From: Eledone cirrhosa
Taxonomy: Eukaryota
Length of the DNA: 64,000 nt
Reading direction: 5' to 3'
Assembly (NCBI GenBank): GCA_964016885.1
Contig: OZ024762.1
Coordinates: 24,304,001 to 24,368,000, forward strand
The notes beneath the pieces are model-generated. The model searched no databases, was not told where the DNA came from, and was given only the letters and a program-made list of their open reading frames with translations. Positions 39,625 to 54,391 of the stretch are shown here, in pieces. Numbering within the stretch: the first letter of the stretch is position 1; each line of letters starts with the position of its first letter. Both the position numbers and the translations under genes were made by a program.

Positions 39625-39860
39625 GAGGTGTCACAACAAAAAAATCACCCATCCCACACTGTAAAGTGGTTGTGTAATTGTCATGACAAATAGCGCCCAG
39701 CCCACACTGTGAAGTGGTCATGTAGGAGTCATGACAAAAAGCACCCATCCCACACAGTAGGTGTCACAACAGAAAACACCCAGACCCAGCCTACACTGAA
39801 AATGTGGTTGGCATTAGGAAGGGTGTCCAGCCATAGAAATCTAGCCAGAAACAGTCCTAT
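39625..39860 (+). repeat. RTE-tail fragment with about 4 diverged 48-bp units
   Basis: CCCACACTGTAAAGTGG...GTCATGACAAA units, then TTAGGAAGGGTGTCCAGCC. Confidence 0.7.
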
Positions 39861-40085
39861 TTGATTCCTCGACTGGGTTGCGCGTTGTGTTCTTGAGAAA
39901 AACACTTTATTTCATGTTGCTCCAGTATACTCAGCTGAAAATGAGTACCAGTAATAGCTGGAGGTTTAACCCTGCGATGGACTGGTGTCCTGTCCAGGTG
40001 AGGAAGTCCTGTACTCTTATCACTTCACGCCATGAAACCGGGATAAGCACCGGCCAAATGACCTTTCTGGCTTGAATCAGACTTT
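39860..40085 (+). mobile_element. CORE-type SINE with a different 3' region
   Basis: TTGTGTTCTTGAGAAAAACACTTTATTTCA...CTCAGCTGAAAATGAGTACC, then CCTGCGATGGACTGGTGTCCTGTCCAGG...GAAACCGGGATAAGC. Confidence 0.7.
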
Positions 40086-41144
40086 TTCTACCACTCACTA
40101 TCTCTCCCCCTTTCTTTCGAAGAATTGGCTGTATTCACACCTGGAGAAGAGAGGGTTTTCGCCAGGTTTTAAATATCCTATGTCACTGCAATACTCCTAC
40201 GACACCCAGGAATTATGTCTTCAACAGAAGAGAGAGATATAAAAGTTAAAACCAGTATAGTACTATCGTATAAAGCATGAAGTGTTGGGGCCCTGAAAAC
40301 GTGGGGCCCATATTAATAGCTGCTCTTGTTACTAACTTAATTTGGCATTGTTTTGAATCTTGTTATGAGGCCTTCAAGGTTAAGCCTAGCTTCAGCAGAG
40401 AAAATGGTTTTAAAATGCTTGCTGTCTTGCTTTCAATGTATTTTTAACTTTTAAAATCTTTTGTAATGCTTGAAAAGAAAATTTAAGTTTTAAAATCTTC
40501 TTGAAATGTTTGAAAAAAAAGTTTTAAAATTCCTTGTAATGTTTGAAAAGAAAATTTAAGCTTAAAATCCTTTTAATGGTTGGAAAAGAAAATTAAAGTT
40601 TTAAAATGTCTTGTAATGGTTGAAAAAAAAAAAATTAAGTTTTCAAATATCTTATATAATGGTTGAACAGAAAATATCTCAAAACAGGTTTGTTAATCCA
40701 AATATTTATAGTATCTTTATCTCTGTGTCTCTTTCTCATTTCTTTCTTTCACTTTCTATCATTCTCTGAAAAAAATTTGCTGTAGTCAAGCCTGGAGAGG
40801 TATGGGCACCTCCAGGCTTATAAATGCCCAAGAAATGCCATATGTCAGTACAGCGCCTCAAAGAGTCTATCAGAATTATGGGACCATTCATTCATACATA
40901 CATATATAATACCAGTCTAGTACTAGGGTGGATTCTTCCTCGATATCTCTTCCTTATTTCCTCTCTTTCACTCTCTATCTTTCTCTGGACGAAATCTGCT
41001 CTGCTCAGGCCTGAAGACGAGATGGACTCCGCCAGGCTTAAAATACCCAAGAAACACTGTATGTCAATATGTACCCCTAAAACTTTATCAGGAGTTACAG
41101 AAACACCATACATACAACTATCACATACAACATCTCACAGGGCT

Positions 41145-41421
41145 GGAATTTGAGGGAAATTTGGTTGCTATTTATATACCAGCTCTAGCTACCACGTAGT
41201 GGTATCTCTCATTGGTTCATACATATATTCATACATGAGACAAAAGGCTGTTATTTGAGGGACATTTAGCTGCTATTTCTAACAGGTCAAGCTACCCTGT
41301 GGAGGTATCTTTCGCTGGATAATCCATGCTTATGTTTATACAATCATATGACAGTAGACTTTGATTTGAGGGAGATTTGGCTACTATTTCTAGCCGGTCA
41401 AAGCTAGAGCTTTCTCCATTA

Positions 41422-41504
<83 letters not shown>

Positions 41505-41612
41505 ACTGACTACTGTCGATTGTTTTAAAATAAAGTCCAATTAACGTGTGTATGTGTGATTTGAGTAAGATTTGGCTGCTATTTCTAGCGACCACTTAGA
41601 GGCGACCTCATT
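41145..41612 (+). repeat. Four dispersed copies of a ~65-bp repeat
   Basis: ATTTGAGGGAGATTTGGCTGCTATTTCTAGC...ACCAC...AGAGG at ~41148, 41253, 41363 and 41559; also at ~4165. Confidence 0.7.
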
Positions 41613-42083
41613 CTGCTGTAGACATTTTAGTGGTGTGGAATATTCTCAAACCAAAAGAATTATAAGACATACAAGAGTTGCCTCCCTTGCTAACGCTGCC
41701 ATAAACACAAAATGGTATTTCCTTGTGTGACTAGATATGTCTAGTTCAATGTCTGCGTATGTTATGTATATATATATGTTTATTTTCCTGTGTGTATACG
41801 TTAGTGTATATTCATATGTACGTGTGTGTTGAAACTATATATATATATATATATATGTATATATAATCCTCACTTGTGGGCCATTGGATAGCATACTAGA
41901 CTAGGGAACTAGTGGTCACATTCTCGACTCCTGTCAACCCCAACATGCTTCACTTTTGTTGTAGTGCTCCTGAGCACTGTACACAATAATTTTATAATTA
42001 ATTATTATATATATAATATATATATATATATAATATATATATATATATATAATATATATATATATATAATATATATATATATA

Positions 42084-42233
42084 TAACGAAGGAAATGTGG
42101 TAAGGAACCAGGTGGACCATAACGCACCAAAGTACTCAATACTTAGGGTAGTAGAGTAGGTAATAGGAACGAGTAGGACCCCGACGGCTGAGCTCAAGCC
42201 GTTTCGACTGTAGCCGTCGGGATCCTACTTGTT

Positions 42234-42237
<4 letters not shown>
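42084..42237 (-). mobile_element. Family-B fold-back element with deletion in one arm
   Basis: Reverse complement of 55213-55406; (TA)n flanks. Confidence 0.8.
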
Positions 42238-42286
<49 letters not shown>

Positions 42287-42297
42287 TGTATATAAAT

Positions 42298-42488
42298 AAT
42301 TGTTTCTACTTTTGGCACAAGGCCAGCAATTATCTCAGTGTATTACTGGTACTTTATTTTATCGACCCCGTAAGGATGAAAGGCAAAGTTAACCTCGGCG
42401 GGATTTGAACTCAGATCATAAAGGGACGTAACTCTGTGCTACAAAGCATGGTGTCCGACTCTCTACCGATACTGCCAATCCACCGCCC
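42298..42488 (-). mobile_element. Full-length abundant SINE
   Basis: Reverse complement of 11284-11470. Confidence 0.88.
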
Positions 42489-42668
42489 TGCATATATATA
42501 TAATGCATATATATATATATAATGTATATATATATATATATATATATAATGTATATATATATAATGCATATATATATATAATGCATATATATATAATGTA
42601 TATATATATATAATGCATATATATATAATGTATATATATATAATGTATATATATATAATGTATATATA

Positions 42669-42723
<55 letters not shown>

Positions 42724-43074
42724 ACACAGTCTCAGATCAAGCCACTTGCTAAATACTCAGTCACACACACAGACATACACACACACAGACATACACACAC
42801 ACAGACATACACACACACACACATAATCACACAAACACACATATATATACACACAAGTGTGTATATATATCAGCATTACCCTAAGTTAACGGCTGTTTTT
42901 CCAGGCTTGCATAAGTTAACCAGGTCGGGTCATCATATAATGAGGTTAGAATAATCATGTGACCTTGCCCTCCTTGTGTGACCTCACTTTTGGCCTGGTT
43001 TTCTATGACTGGTTGTCCTTCCTTACACCAATCAATTCACATCATGTACTGGGAGTGTTTCATTGTGACTTCTT

Positions 43075-44918
43075 CACTATTATCTTACAGAGTGGACTGA
43101 GTGCTTTTTTGTCATGGCACCAGCACTACATTGTTCCAGAGTGGACTGGGTGTCATAGCACCAACACTATAACTTTATAGGGTGGACTGGGTCAGCACTA
43201 CATTGTTCCAGAGTGGACTGGGTGTCATAGCACCAACACTATAACTTTATAGGGTGGACTGGGTCAGCACTACATTGTTCCAGAGTGGACTGGGTGTCAT
43301 AGCACCAACACTATAACTTTATAGGGTGGACTGGGTCAGCACTACATTGTTCCAGAGTGGACTGGGTGTCATAGCACCAACACTATAACTTTATAGGGTG
43401 GACTGGGTCATCACTACATTGTTCCAGAGTGGACTGGGTGTCATAGCACCAACACTATAACTTTATAGGGTGGACTGGGTCAGCACTACATTGTTCCAGA
43501 GTGGACTGGGTGTCATAGCACCAACACTATAACTTTATAGGGTGGACTGGGTCAGCACTACATTGTTCCAGAGTGGACTGCGTGTCATAGCACCAACACT
43601 ATAACTTTATAGGGTGGACTGAGTGCTTTTTTGTCATGGCACCAGCTCTACCTCTTTACAGAGTGGACAGGGTGTCATAGCACCAACACTATAACTTTAT
43701 AGGGTGGACTGAGTGCTTTTTTGTCATGGCACCAGCACTACATTGTTCCAGAGTAGACTGGGTGTCATAGCACCAACACTATAACTTTATAGGGTGGACT
43801 GAGTGCTTTTTTGTCATGGCACCAGCTCTACCTCTTTACAGAGTGGACAGGGTGTCATAGCACCAACACTATAACTTTATAGGGTGGACTGAGTGCTTTT
43901 TTGTCATGGCACCAGCACTACATTGTTCCAGAGTGGACTGGGTGTCATAGCACCAACACTATAACTTTATAGGGTGGACTGAGTGCTTTTTTGTCATGGC
44001 ACCAGCACTACATTGTTCCAGAGTGGACTGGGTGTCATAGCACCAACACTATAACTTTATAGGGTGGACTGAGTGCTTTTTTGTCATGGCACCAGCTCTA
44101 CCTCTTTACAGAGTGGACAGGGTGTCATAGCACCAACACTATAACTTTATAGGGTGGACTGAGTGCTTTTTTGTCATGGCACCAGCACTACATTGTTCCA
44201 GAGTGGACTGGGTGTCATAGCACCAACACTATAACTTTATAGGGTGGACTGAGTGCTTTTTTGTCATGGCACCAGCACTACATTGTTCCAGAGTGGACTG
44301 GGTGTCATAGCACCAACACTATAACTTTATAGGGTGGACTGAGTGCTTTTTTGTCATGGCACCAGCACTACATTGTTCCAGAGTGGACTGGGTGTCATAG
44401 CACCAACACTATAACTTTATAGGGTGGACTGAATGCATTTTTGTCATGGCACCAGCTCTACCTCTTTACAAAGTGGACTGAGTCTCTTCTTTGTCATGGC
44501 ACCAGCTCTACCTCTTTACAGAGTGGACTGAGTCTCTTCTTTGTCATGGCACCAGCTCTACCTCTTTACAGAGTGGACTGGGTGCTTTTTTGTCATGGCA
44601 CCAGCATTACCTCCTTACAGAGTGGATTCTGTGCTTTTTTATCATAGCACCAGCACAACCTCGTTAGAGTGGACTGGGTGCTTTTTTGTCATAGCACCAG
44701 CACAACCTATTTACACAGTGCAGTGGGTGTATTTTATGATGACATCAGCACTATCACTTTACAGGATAGACTGGGTGTATTTCATCATGGTATCAGCACT
44801 ATAACTTTATAGAGTGAACTGGTTGCTTTTTGTCATGACACCAGCACTACCATTTTACAGAGTGTACTGGGTGTATTTTACCATGACACCAGCACTACCA
44901 TTTTACAGAGTGAACTGA
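43075..44918 (+). repeat. Composite minisatellite with 72-bp, 90-bp and ~48-bp periods derived from the RTE/SINE 48-bp unit
   Basis: Lines at 43141 and 43501 begin in the same register (5x72); lines at 43621 and 43801 are identical (2x90); ~48-49-bp monomers from 44440. Confidence 0.93.
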
Positions 44919-44928
44919 CTACATTGAT

Positions 44929-44959
<31 letters not shown>

Positions 44960-45259
44960 AATGTGTATATACATATTGTGTGTATATATATATATATTGC
45001 GTGTATATAAATATACATTGTGTATACATATTGTGTGTATATATATATCATATGTATATATATATATTGTATGTATATATATATCTATCTATCTATCTAA
45101 GGCGGGTAAAATTCCCGAGATTCATGGACGAGTTCTCTCCAGCGGTCTCTGTCCCTCATTGTCGCTGCCTATATTGTATTTTAGTCTTCAATTTTATTAT
45201 TATTACTATATATAATGTATATATATATATTGTATATATATCTATAATGTATATATAAA

Positions 45260-46207
45260 ATCAGCAGTGGGGGAGGGTGCTCTGAAAGTACTGTAGCTAG
45301 AGTCAGAACTGGTTGGAAAAAGTTCAGAGAGCTTATACCACTATTAGCTGCTAAAGGGTTCTCACTAAAAATGAAAGGCAGGTTGTACGATGCCTGCATA
45401 CGAACAGCAATGCTGCATGGCAGTGAGACCTGGGCATTGTGTGCAGAGGATATACGCAGACTAGAGAGGAACGAAGCTTGCATGCTCCGCTGGATGTGTA
45501 ACAGTAATATACGTGAACGGCAAAGCATAAACGAACTAAGGAAAAAATTAGAGATAAGAGGGATCAGATGTTGTTTACTCGAGAGAAGGCTACGTTGGTA
45601 TGGACACGTGATGCGCATGAAAGTCGATAGCTGTATAACAAAGTGCAGGGCAATAAAGATAGACGGTAGTCACGGAATAGGCAGACCTAGAAAAACCTGG
45701 GACGAGCTGATAAACTCCGACATCACACACTTACACCTCTCCAAGACAATGTCACTGGACCGAGACCTTTGGCGGTACTCAGTAACAGAGAAGACCCGCC
45801 TTACCTAAATATATAGTAAAACCTACTCCAGCCAGTAGGCATCTCTAACAAAATACACCCCGTCCCACCACCACCACCCCCACCCGATCCACACCACCCC
45901 GTTCTATGTAAAGTTATGTTGGTGCCGCGCCATCGAGGCCGAAACAAATGAGATCGTGTAGGTGTCACGACAAAAAAACACACAGTCCACTCTGTAATGT
46001 GGCCGTGTAGGCAACACGGTAAAAACCTCCCAGACCCACACTGTAAATGTGGTTGGTGTTAGGAAGGGCATCCAACTGTAGAAAACCTGCCAGACAGTCC
46101 TATGCGAGCAAGACAATCACTCTTGCCTCAAGTGGGACTACCCCCGTCCAAACCCATGCAAGCATGGAACACGGACGTTAAACGTTGATGATGATGATGA
46201 TGATGAT
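45260..46207 (+). mobile_element. 5'-truncated RTE-clade LINE (family 1): intact RT C-terminal frame to 45808, 3' UTR, (GAT)n tail
   Basis: ARVRTGWKKFREL, KGRLYDACIRTAMLHGSETW, MLRWMC, RRLRWYGHVMRM and GRPRKTW are diagnostic RTE-type motifs. Confidence 0.92.
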
Positions 46208-46489
46208 ATATAATGTATATATATTGTATATATGTATATATAATATTATGCTGAGTTTATTATATAAACAAATATATTCCTATTTGCTGCCTAGTCTACA
46301 CTCAGTTCTATTTAACATAGAAAATAGCTGGTCTAGTTAAACTATGTTCAATTGTCTACTCTTATCCTGTTATTTAAATTGTGACACTTATTTTTAACCT
46401 TTGACATTTTAATGTCACTTTGACGCCTTTGTTTTTTGATTTTTTGTTTTTTCTCCAAGAGTGAGGAAAGCTCTCTGCTTGTGTCTGTA

Positions 46490-47262
46490 ATAATTGTTTC
46501 CACATTTGGCACATGGCCAGCAAATTCCCCAGTGAATTACTGGTACTTTTAGTGGAAGATAGAGTTAAACGATGATGATGATGATGATACCAATATATAT
46601 GCATACATATTTATATATATAATTGTTTCTAATTTTGGCACAAGGCCAGCAATTACCCCAGTGAATTACTGGTACTTTTAGTGGAAGATAGAGTTAAACG
46701 ATGATGATGATGATACATACATATATGTATACATTTATATATATAATTGTTTCTAATTTTGGCACATGGCCAGCAATTACCCCAGTGTATTACTGGTACT
46801 TTTAGTGGAAGATAGAGTTAAACGATGATGATGATGATACATACATATATGCATACATATTTATATATATAATTGTTTCTACTTTTGGCACAAGGCCAGC
46901 AATTACCCCAGTGCATTACTGGTACTTTATTTTTATCGATCCCGTAAGGACGAAAAGGCAAAGCTAACCTCAGTGGGATTTGAACTCGGAACGTAAAGGG
47001 CCATAACTCTATGCTGCAAAGCAGGATGTCTGATACTCTACGTGAGTGAGGAAAGCTCTGTGTATGTGTGTGTAATAATTGTTTCTATGTTAGGCACAAG
47101 GCCAGCAAAGACCCAGTGTATTACTGGTACTTTATTTTATCGACCCCGTAAGTATGAAAGGAAAAGTTAACCTCGGTGGGATTTGAACTCAGAATGGCAA
47201 GGGCCGTAACTCTATGCATCAAAGCATGGCGTCCGACCCTCTACCGATACTGCCAATCCACC
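46490..47262 (-). mobile_element. Cluster of SINE copies including a ~120-bp chimeric unit repeated three times
   Basis: AATTGTTTCT...GGCCAGCAA...TTACTGGTACTTTTAGTGGAAGATAGAGTTAAACGATGATG three times, then two longer SINE copies. Confidence 0.8.
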
Positions 47263-47519
47263 ATATGTGTGTGTAATAATATATGTAAACATGTACATTG
47301 TTGCATATAGGCATGTATTGTATGCATGTATGTATGTGTGTGTCTATGTATGCACACACACACACACACTCACACACACACACACATACAGAACACACAC
47401 ACTTGCAGAACACACATACACACCTCATCATACAAGCTCTACAAATTTGTAACCCCTTTTGATACTAAAGCCCCTAAACTGGGTTAAGGACAAGACAACC
47501 TCTCCAGTTACTCTTGCCA

Positions 47520-48520
47520 TGATAGAATGCACCCAATACACCCTGTAAAGTCCTCCAGCTGTAGAAACCATGTCAAGAACAAGACAGCCGATAAAATGCA
47601 CCCAGTACACCCTGTAAAGTCCTCCAGCTGTAGAAACCATGTCAAGAACAAGACAGCCGATAAAATGCACCCAGTACACCCTGTAAAGTCCTCCAGCTAT
47701 AGAAACCATGTCAAGGACAAGACAGCCGATAAAATGCACCCAGTACACCCTGTAAAGTCCTCCAGCTATAGAAACCATGTCAAGGACAAGACAGCTGATA
47801 AAATGCACCCAGTACACCCTGTAAAGTCCTCCAGCTGTAGAAACCATGTCAAGGACAAGACAACCGATAAAATGCACCCAGTACACCCTGTAAAGTCCTC
47901 CAGCTGTAGAAACCATGTCAAGGACAAGACAGCCGATAAAATGCACCCAGTACACCCTGTAAAGTCCTCCAGCTGTAGAAACCATGTCAAGGACAAGACA
48001 ACCGATAAAATGCACCCAGTACACCCTGTAAAGTCCTCCAGCTGTAGAAACCATGTCAAGGACAAGACAGCCGATAAAATGCACCCAGTACACCCTGTAA
48101 AGTCCTCCAGCTGTAGAAACCATGTCAAGGACAAGACAACCGATAAAATGCACCCAGTACACCCTGTAAAGTCCTCCAGCTGTAGAAACCATGTCAAGGA
48201 CAAGACAACCGATAAAATGCACCCAGTACACCCTGTAAAGTCCTCCAGCTGTAGAAACCATGTCAAGGACAAGACAACCGATAAAATGCACCCAGTACAC
48301 CCTGTAAAGTCCTCCAGCTGTAGAAACCATGTCAAGGACAAGACAACCGATAAAATGCACCCAGTACACCCTGTAAAGGTGTTGTTAGTAAAAGTCTCGA
48401 TCTGTAGAAACCGTGACAATTCCAATGTGTCAAGGACAAAACAGCTTCTCCAGTTCCTGGTTCCATAATAAAATGTATCCAGTACACTCTGTAAAGGCCT
48501 CCAGCTGTAGAAGCCATGTC
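47520..48520 (+). repeat. 69-bp minisatellite, about 12 homogeneous copies plus a diverged end
   Basis: 23-aa periodicity; unit ATGCACCCAGTACACCCTGTAAAGTCCTCCAGCTGTAGAAACCATGTCAAGGACAAGACAGCCGATAAA. Confidence 0.95.
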
Positions 48521-48837
48521 AATTCCATTATGATGATGATGGCGGTAATTATAGTAATGATGGTGAGAATGGTGACGATGATGATGATGATGACAATACT
48601 TACAGTAATGATTACACTAATTATAGTAATGATGATGATGATGATGACAATGACAATAATAAAGGCCATGATGACAATGATGATGATGATGATGATGATG
48701 ACAATGACAATAATGAAGGCCATGATGACAATGATGATGATGATGATATGTATACCAATGCAGCCCTATCTGTTAGCAATACATTTAGTGTAGGAGGCAG
48801 AGAGCTGATAAGGAATGTCAAATCAATACTCTACCCT

Positions 48838-49912
48838 AGTTTTATATTGTTTTATATAGTTTTATATAGTTTTATATGGTTTTTATATGGTTTTATATAG
48901 TTTTATATAGTTTTATATTGTTTTATATAGTTTTATATAGTTTTATATTGTTTTATATAGTTTTATATTGTTTTATATAGTTTTATATAGTTTTTATATG
49001 GTTTTATATAGTTTTTATATAGTTTTATATAGTTTTATATAGTTTTATATTGTTTTATATAGTTTTATATAGTTTTATATTGTTTTATATAGTTTTATAT
49101 AGTTTTTATATGGTTTTATATAGTTTTTATATAGTTTTATATAGTTTTATATAGTTTTATATGGTTTTTATATGGTTTTATATAGTTTTATATAGTTTTA
49201 TATGGTTTTTATATGGTTTTATATAGTTTTATATAGTTTTATATAGTTTTATATAGTTTTTATATAGTTTTATATAGTTTTATATTGTTTTATATAGTTT
49301 TATATAGTTTTTATATGGTTTTATATAGTTTTTATATAGTTTTATATAGTTTTATATAGTTTTATATGGTTTTTATATGGTTTTATATAGTTTTATATAG
49401 TTTTATATGGTTTTATATAGTTTTATATAGTTTTATATAGTTTTATATAGTTTTATATAGTTTTTATATAGTTTTATATAGTTTTATATTGTTTTATATA
49501 GTTTTATATAGTTTTTATATGGTTTTATATAGTTTTTATATGGTTTTATATAGTTTTATATTGTTTTATATAGTTTTATATTTTTATATAGTTTTATATA
49601 GTTTTTATATGGTTTTATATAGTTTTATATTGTTTTATATAGTATTATATTGTTTTATATAGTGTTATATAGTTTTATATTGTTTTATATAGTTTTATAT
49701 AGTTTTATATAATTTTATATTGTTTTATATAGTTTTATATAGTTTTTTATATAGTTTTTATATAGTTTTATATAGTTTTTATATAGTTTTATATAGTTTT
49801 TATATAGTTTTATATAGTTTTTATATAGTTTTATATAGTGTTTATACAGTTTTATATAGTTTTTATATTGTTTTATATAGTTTTTATATAGTTTTATATA
49901 GTTTTGTATAGA
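48838..49912 (+). repeat. 10/11-bp satellite (GTTTTATATA)n
   Basis: Direct reading. Confidence 0.96.
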
Positions 49913-49956
49913 TTTTCTATATTTAATTAGAAAGTAAACAACACAATATATAACTA

Positions 49957-50024
49957 CTCCATTACCAAAGGTTTCAGGACTCTAGACAATATTAACATAT
50001 GTCTAGTTCACTCATCAGATAGAG
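49957..50024 (-). ncRNA. Type I hammerhead motif (family C) in inverted-repeat element 49925-50197
   Basis: Minus strand: CTCTAT CTGATGA GTGAACTAGACA...TGTCTAGAGTCCT GAAA CCTTTGG TA/ATGGAG. The plus-strand arm has a damaged core (TAGATGA). Confidence 0.6.
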
Positions 50025-50269
50025 CGGTTAGATAACCGAGGCTAGATGAATGAACTAGACATGTTAATATTGTCTGGGATCCTGAAACCTTTGGTAATAG
50101 AGTTGATATATAGTGTGTTGTTCACTTTCTAATATAATAGCTCTGTTTTATACATAGAGCACTCTTTTTTCCTTTTTCTCTTCGGAAATACTTAACAGAT
50201 TTTATATATATAGTTTTTATTGTATTGTATTTTTTTTGTTCCCTTTTAATGGTTAATGAAATATGTAGA

Positions 50270-50809
50270 GCTGTGTGTGGTATGGTGTGTGGTATAGTGT
50301 GTTAATAGTAGTGTGTGTGGTATGGTGTGTTAATGGTAGTGTGTGTGGTATGGTGTGTTAATGGTAGTGTGTGTGGTATGGTGTGTTAATGGTAGTGTGT
50401 GTGGTATGGTGTGTTAATGGTATGGTGTGTGGTATAGTGTGTTAATGGTATGGTGTGTGGTATAGTGTGTTAATGGTATGGTGTGTTAATGGTAGTGTGT
50501 GTGTGTTTGTGTGGTAGTGTGTATGTTAGTGTGGTAGTGTGTGTATGTTAGTGTGGTAGTGTGTGTGAATGTTAGTGTGGTAGTGTGTATATGTTAGTGT
50601 GGTAGTGTGTGTGTATGTTAGTGTGGTAGTGTGTGTGTATGTTAGTGTGGTAGTGTGTGTGTATGTTAGTGAGGTCTGTGTGTGTATGTTAGTGTAGTGT
50701 TGTGTATATGGTTCTGTATATGTATGTGTGTGGGTGGTATATGCTTGTATTTGGTGTGTGCGTGTATGTGTGTGGTTTATCTGTACGTGTGTGTGTGTGT
50801 GTGTGTATC

Positions 50810-50860
<51 letters not shown>

Positions 50861-51296
50861 CTGTGTTTGTGTATTTTTCTCCATTGTAATGAATATTGTG
50901 ATGGACACTTGCCAATGTGTGTGTGTATATCTGTTTGTATATGTCTTTGTGTGTGTATACATATGTTTGTATAGTGTGTGTGTGTGTGTGTGTGCGCGTG
51001 TGTGTGTGTGTCTATTGTAATAGTCCTCTGTGTATAGTTCTATATATATGTGTGTGTTTGCATATGTGTATGCATACGTGTGTGCATGTGTGTCTATTGT
51101 AATGGTCCTATATATGTGTGTAGGTGTATATCTGTGTATGTATGTGTGTCTATTGTAATGGCTTTCTATGTGTGTCTGTGTGTGTGTATATGTGTAAAGA
51201 TCCTATATATGTGTGTAGGTGTATATCTCTGTGTAGGTGTATGTCTGTGTAGGTGTATATATGTGTGTATATCTGTGTATTGTAATATATATGTAT
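50270..51296. repeat. GT-rich minisatellites and compound microsatellite
   Basis: GTGTGGTATGGTGTGTTAATGGTA and GTATGTTAGTGTGGTAGTGT units. Confidence 0.88.
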
Positions 51297-51564
51297 AGAT
51301 ATGGCTGTCTGATCGGCTGGCCTAATTTGAATGAGATTCGGTCAGCTGACCAGTTTTTAGTTTTGTTTAACCCTAGGTCAGCCGTCATCCTGTAGACGTA
51401 TAATAAAAGCTGCTTCAATCATGACCATCATGTCATAAAACTCGATATTGTACACTTTTCAAGGGTTTCTGGCTGTTGTAGTTCCATGCTGGGATAAATT
51501 TGGACTTGTCTCATGCATATAATGTATGGATGGATGGACCTGGAAGTTTATATTACATACACTC

Positions 51565-52497
51565 ACAATACCACAGTAACACACACACACACCATACAGT
51601 TCGAGACACATACACACACCATACCACAGTAACACACACACCACACCGTTCGAGACACATACACACACCATACCACAGTAACATACACACACCATACCAC
51701 AGTAACATACACACACCATACCACAGTAACACACACACCATACCACAGTAACATATACACACACACCATACAGTACCAGACACATACACACACATACTGC
51801 TAAACTAACATACATACACATACCGTAACAAACCACACCATACCACAGTAACATACACACACACCATACAGTTCCAGACACATACACACACCATACCACA
51901 GTAACATATACACACACACCATACAGTACCAGACACATACACACACATACTGCTAAACTAACATACATACACATACCGTAACAAACCACACCATACCACA
52001 GTAACATACACACACACCATACCACAGTAACATATACACACACACCATACAGTACCAGACACATACACACACATACTGCTAAACTAACATACATACACAT
52101 ACCGTAACAAACCACACCATACCACAGTAACATACACACACACCATACAGTTCCAGACACATACACACACCATACCACAGTAACATATACACACACACCA
52201 TACAGTACCAGACACATACACACACATACTGCTAAACTAACATACATACACATACCGTAACAAACCACACCATACCACAGTAACATACACACACACCATA
52301 CAGTTCCAGACACATACACACACCATACCACAGTAACATACACACACACCATACAGTTCCAGACACATACACACACCATACCACAGTAACATACATACAC
52401 ACCATACAGTTCGAGACACATACTCACACCATACAATACCAGACACATACACACACACTGCTAAACTAACATACATACACATACCGTAACAAACCAG
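51565..52497 (+). repeat. CA-rich minisatellite with higher-order unit
   Basis: CACCATACCACAGTAACATA subunits and recurring CTGCTAAACTAAC...CCGTAACAAACC anchors. Confidence 0.9.
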
Positions 52498-52894
52498 ATT
52501 ACAGAGTCGTAGTGGCATATAACGTCTCTTGTGCACTTTAATAAATAGAATATGTCTGAGATATAAATAAAATATATAAATAAAAATAAAAAGATCTATG
52601 TTAAAAAACATTATCTAACTGTACAAGGGAAATAACTCAAAATTTCACAAATCTTTGTAAGATTTATAATATTCTAAATATTTCATTATTTTTCTAATGT
52701 AGTTTGAAAGGAAAATATTTTGAAGTATGCCTGCAGCAGTCCAGCATTTCAGATCATTTATTTAACCCTTTAACATTTAAACCGGCTGTATCCAGCCAGA
52801 ATTCTCTCACCTCTTTCTGTTCAAACAGACACATAAGTATATGCTCATGCATGTGTGTATGTAATTCAGGTATTTCTAAATAAGTATAATAATA

Positions 52895-53752
52895 ATGGTT
52901 TCTACTTTAGGCACAAGGCCAGCAATTACTCAGTGTATTACTGGTACTTTATTTTATCGACCCCGTAAGGATGAAAGGCAAAATTAACCTCAACGGGATT
53001 TGAACTCAGAATGGCAAGGATTGTAACTCTATGCGTCAAAGCATGGCGCCCGACCCTCTACTGATACTGCCAAAATAATAATGGTTTCTGATTTAGGCAT
53101 AATGCCACTAGTTTTTGGTGGGGAGGGGAAAGTCTAATAAATCGATTCCAGTACATTACTGGTACTTTATTTTATCAATCCAGTAAGGATGAAAGGCAAA
53201 GCTATCCTTGGTGGGATTTGAACCCAGAATGTAAAGAGCTATAACTCTATACTGCAAAGCATGATGTCCGACGCTCTACCGATACTGCCAATCCACCGCC
53301 CTCACTGTCCTAAGAATAATAAAAATAATTATTATTTCTACTTTAGGCACAAGGCCAGCAATTTTGTGAGAGGGGAAAAAATAGATTAAATCAATCCCCA
53401 GTGCATTACTGGTACTTTATTTTATCGATCCAGTAAGGATGAAAGGCAAAAGTAACACTAGCAGAACGTAAGGGGACGTAACTATATGCCAAAAAACGCA
53501 TGTTGTCTGTCGCTCTACCGATTCTACACCAACCCCACAACTATATAAAACAAAAAAAAATAAGCGTTTCTTATATAGGCACATGGCCAGCAATTTTTGA
53601 GGGGGAGGGGAAAGTCAATTAAATCGACCCCAGTGTGTGACTGGTACTTTGAAAGGCAAAGTTAACCGTGGCAAGATTTGAACTCAGACCATAAAGGGCT
53701 GTAACTCTATGCTGCAAAGCATGGCGTCCGCCCCTCTACCGATACTGCCAAT
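52895..53752 (-). mobile_element. Four head-to-tail copies of the abundant SINE
   Basis: Four repeats of GGCA(C/T)A...GCCA...ACTGGTACTTT...GAAAGGCAAA...CTCTAC. Confidence 0.85.
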
Positions 53753-54105
53753 TATATTAAATATAATTAAAAAATAATAAATGAATAAAACTAATTGAAA
53801 GATGTTAGAATGAAGCATGAATGAAAAATGAATAAAATTTAATTTTCTGCCTCCCTTGAAGGAAGGAAGGAGTTCCATTGTGTTCTCTTAATATCTAAAG
53901 AATGAGACAGGGTTCATTCTATTCATAGGGAAATGGGTTGTTCTGGGGATTAGACAAAAATTCCATATTGTTGGCTCAGAATGGAATGTGGGTGACAAAG
54001 AACTTCCCAGGGAAAATAAATTTCTCCACACATATTCATATACACGTATATATGCATACATACATTTATATATACATACATACATACATACATACATACA
54101 CAGCT

Positions 54106-54140
<35 letters not shown>

Positions 54141-54286
54141 CCAACACACAAGCGCATGTGTGTTTGTATATGTGTGTATATATACACACACACACTCATG
54201 TACACATATATATATGCATACACATAAATATATATACATGCTTTTATTTGCATATATAACATATATAATATACATATATTCATATA

Positions 54287-54391
54287 TAGGTTGTCCAAAA
54301 AATGTATACACACTTCAACAGCATTCTAATAAATATTGCCTGTACAGGTAATCAAAGTGTGTATACATTTTTTTTTGGGGGGGGGGGGCTG
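54287..54391. mobile_element. Tiny Tc1/mariner-type MITE
   Basis: Homologous to 25823-25901. Confidence 0.65.

Noticed and set aside
45371-45808. 145-aa ORF as a host gene
   Set aside because: It is the RT C-terminus of a 5'-truncated RTE LINE.
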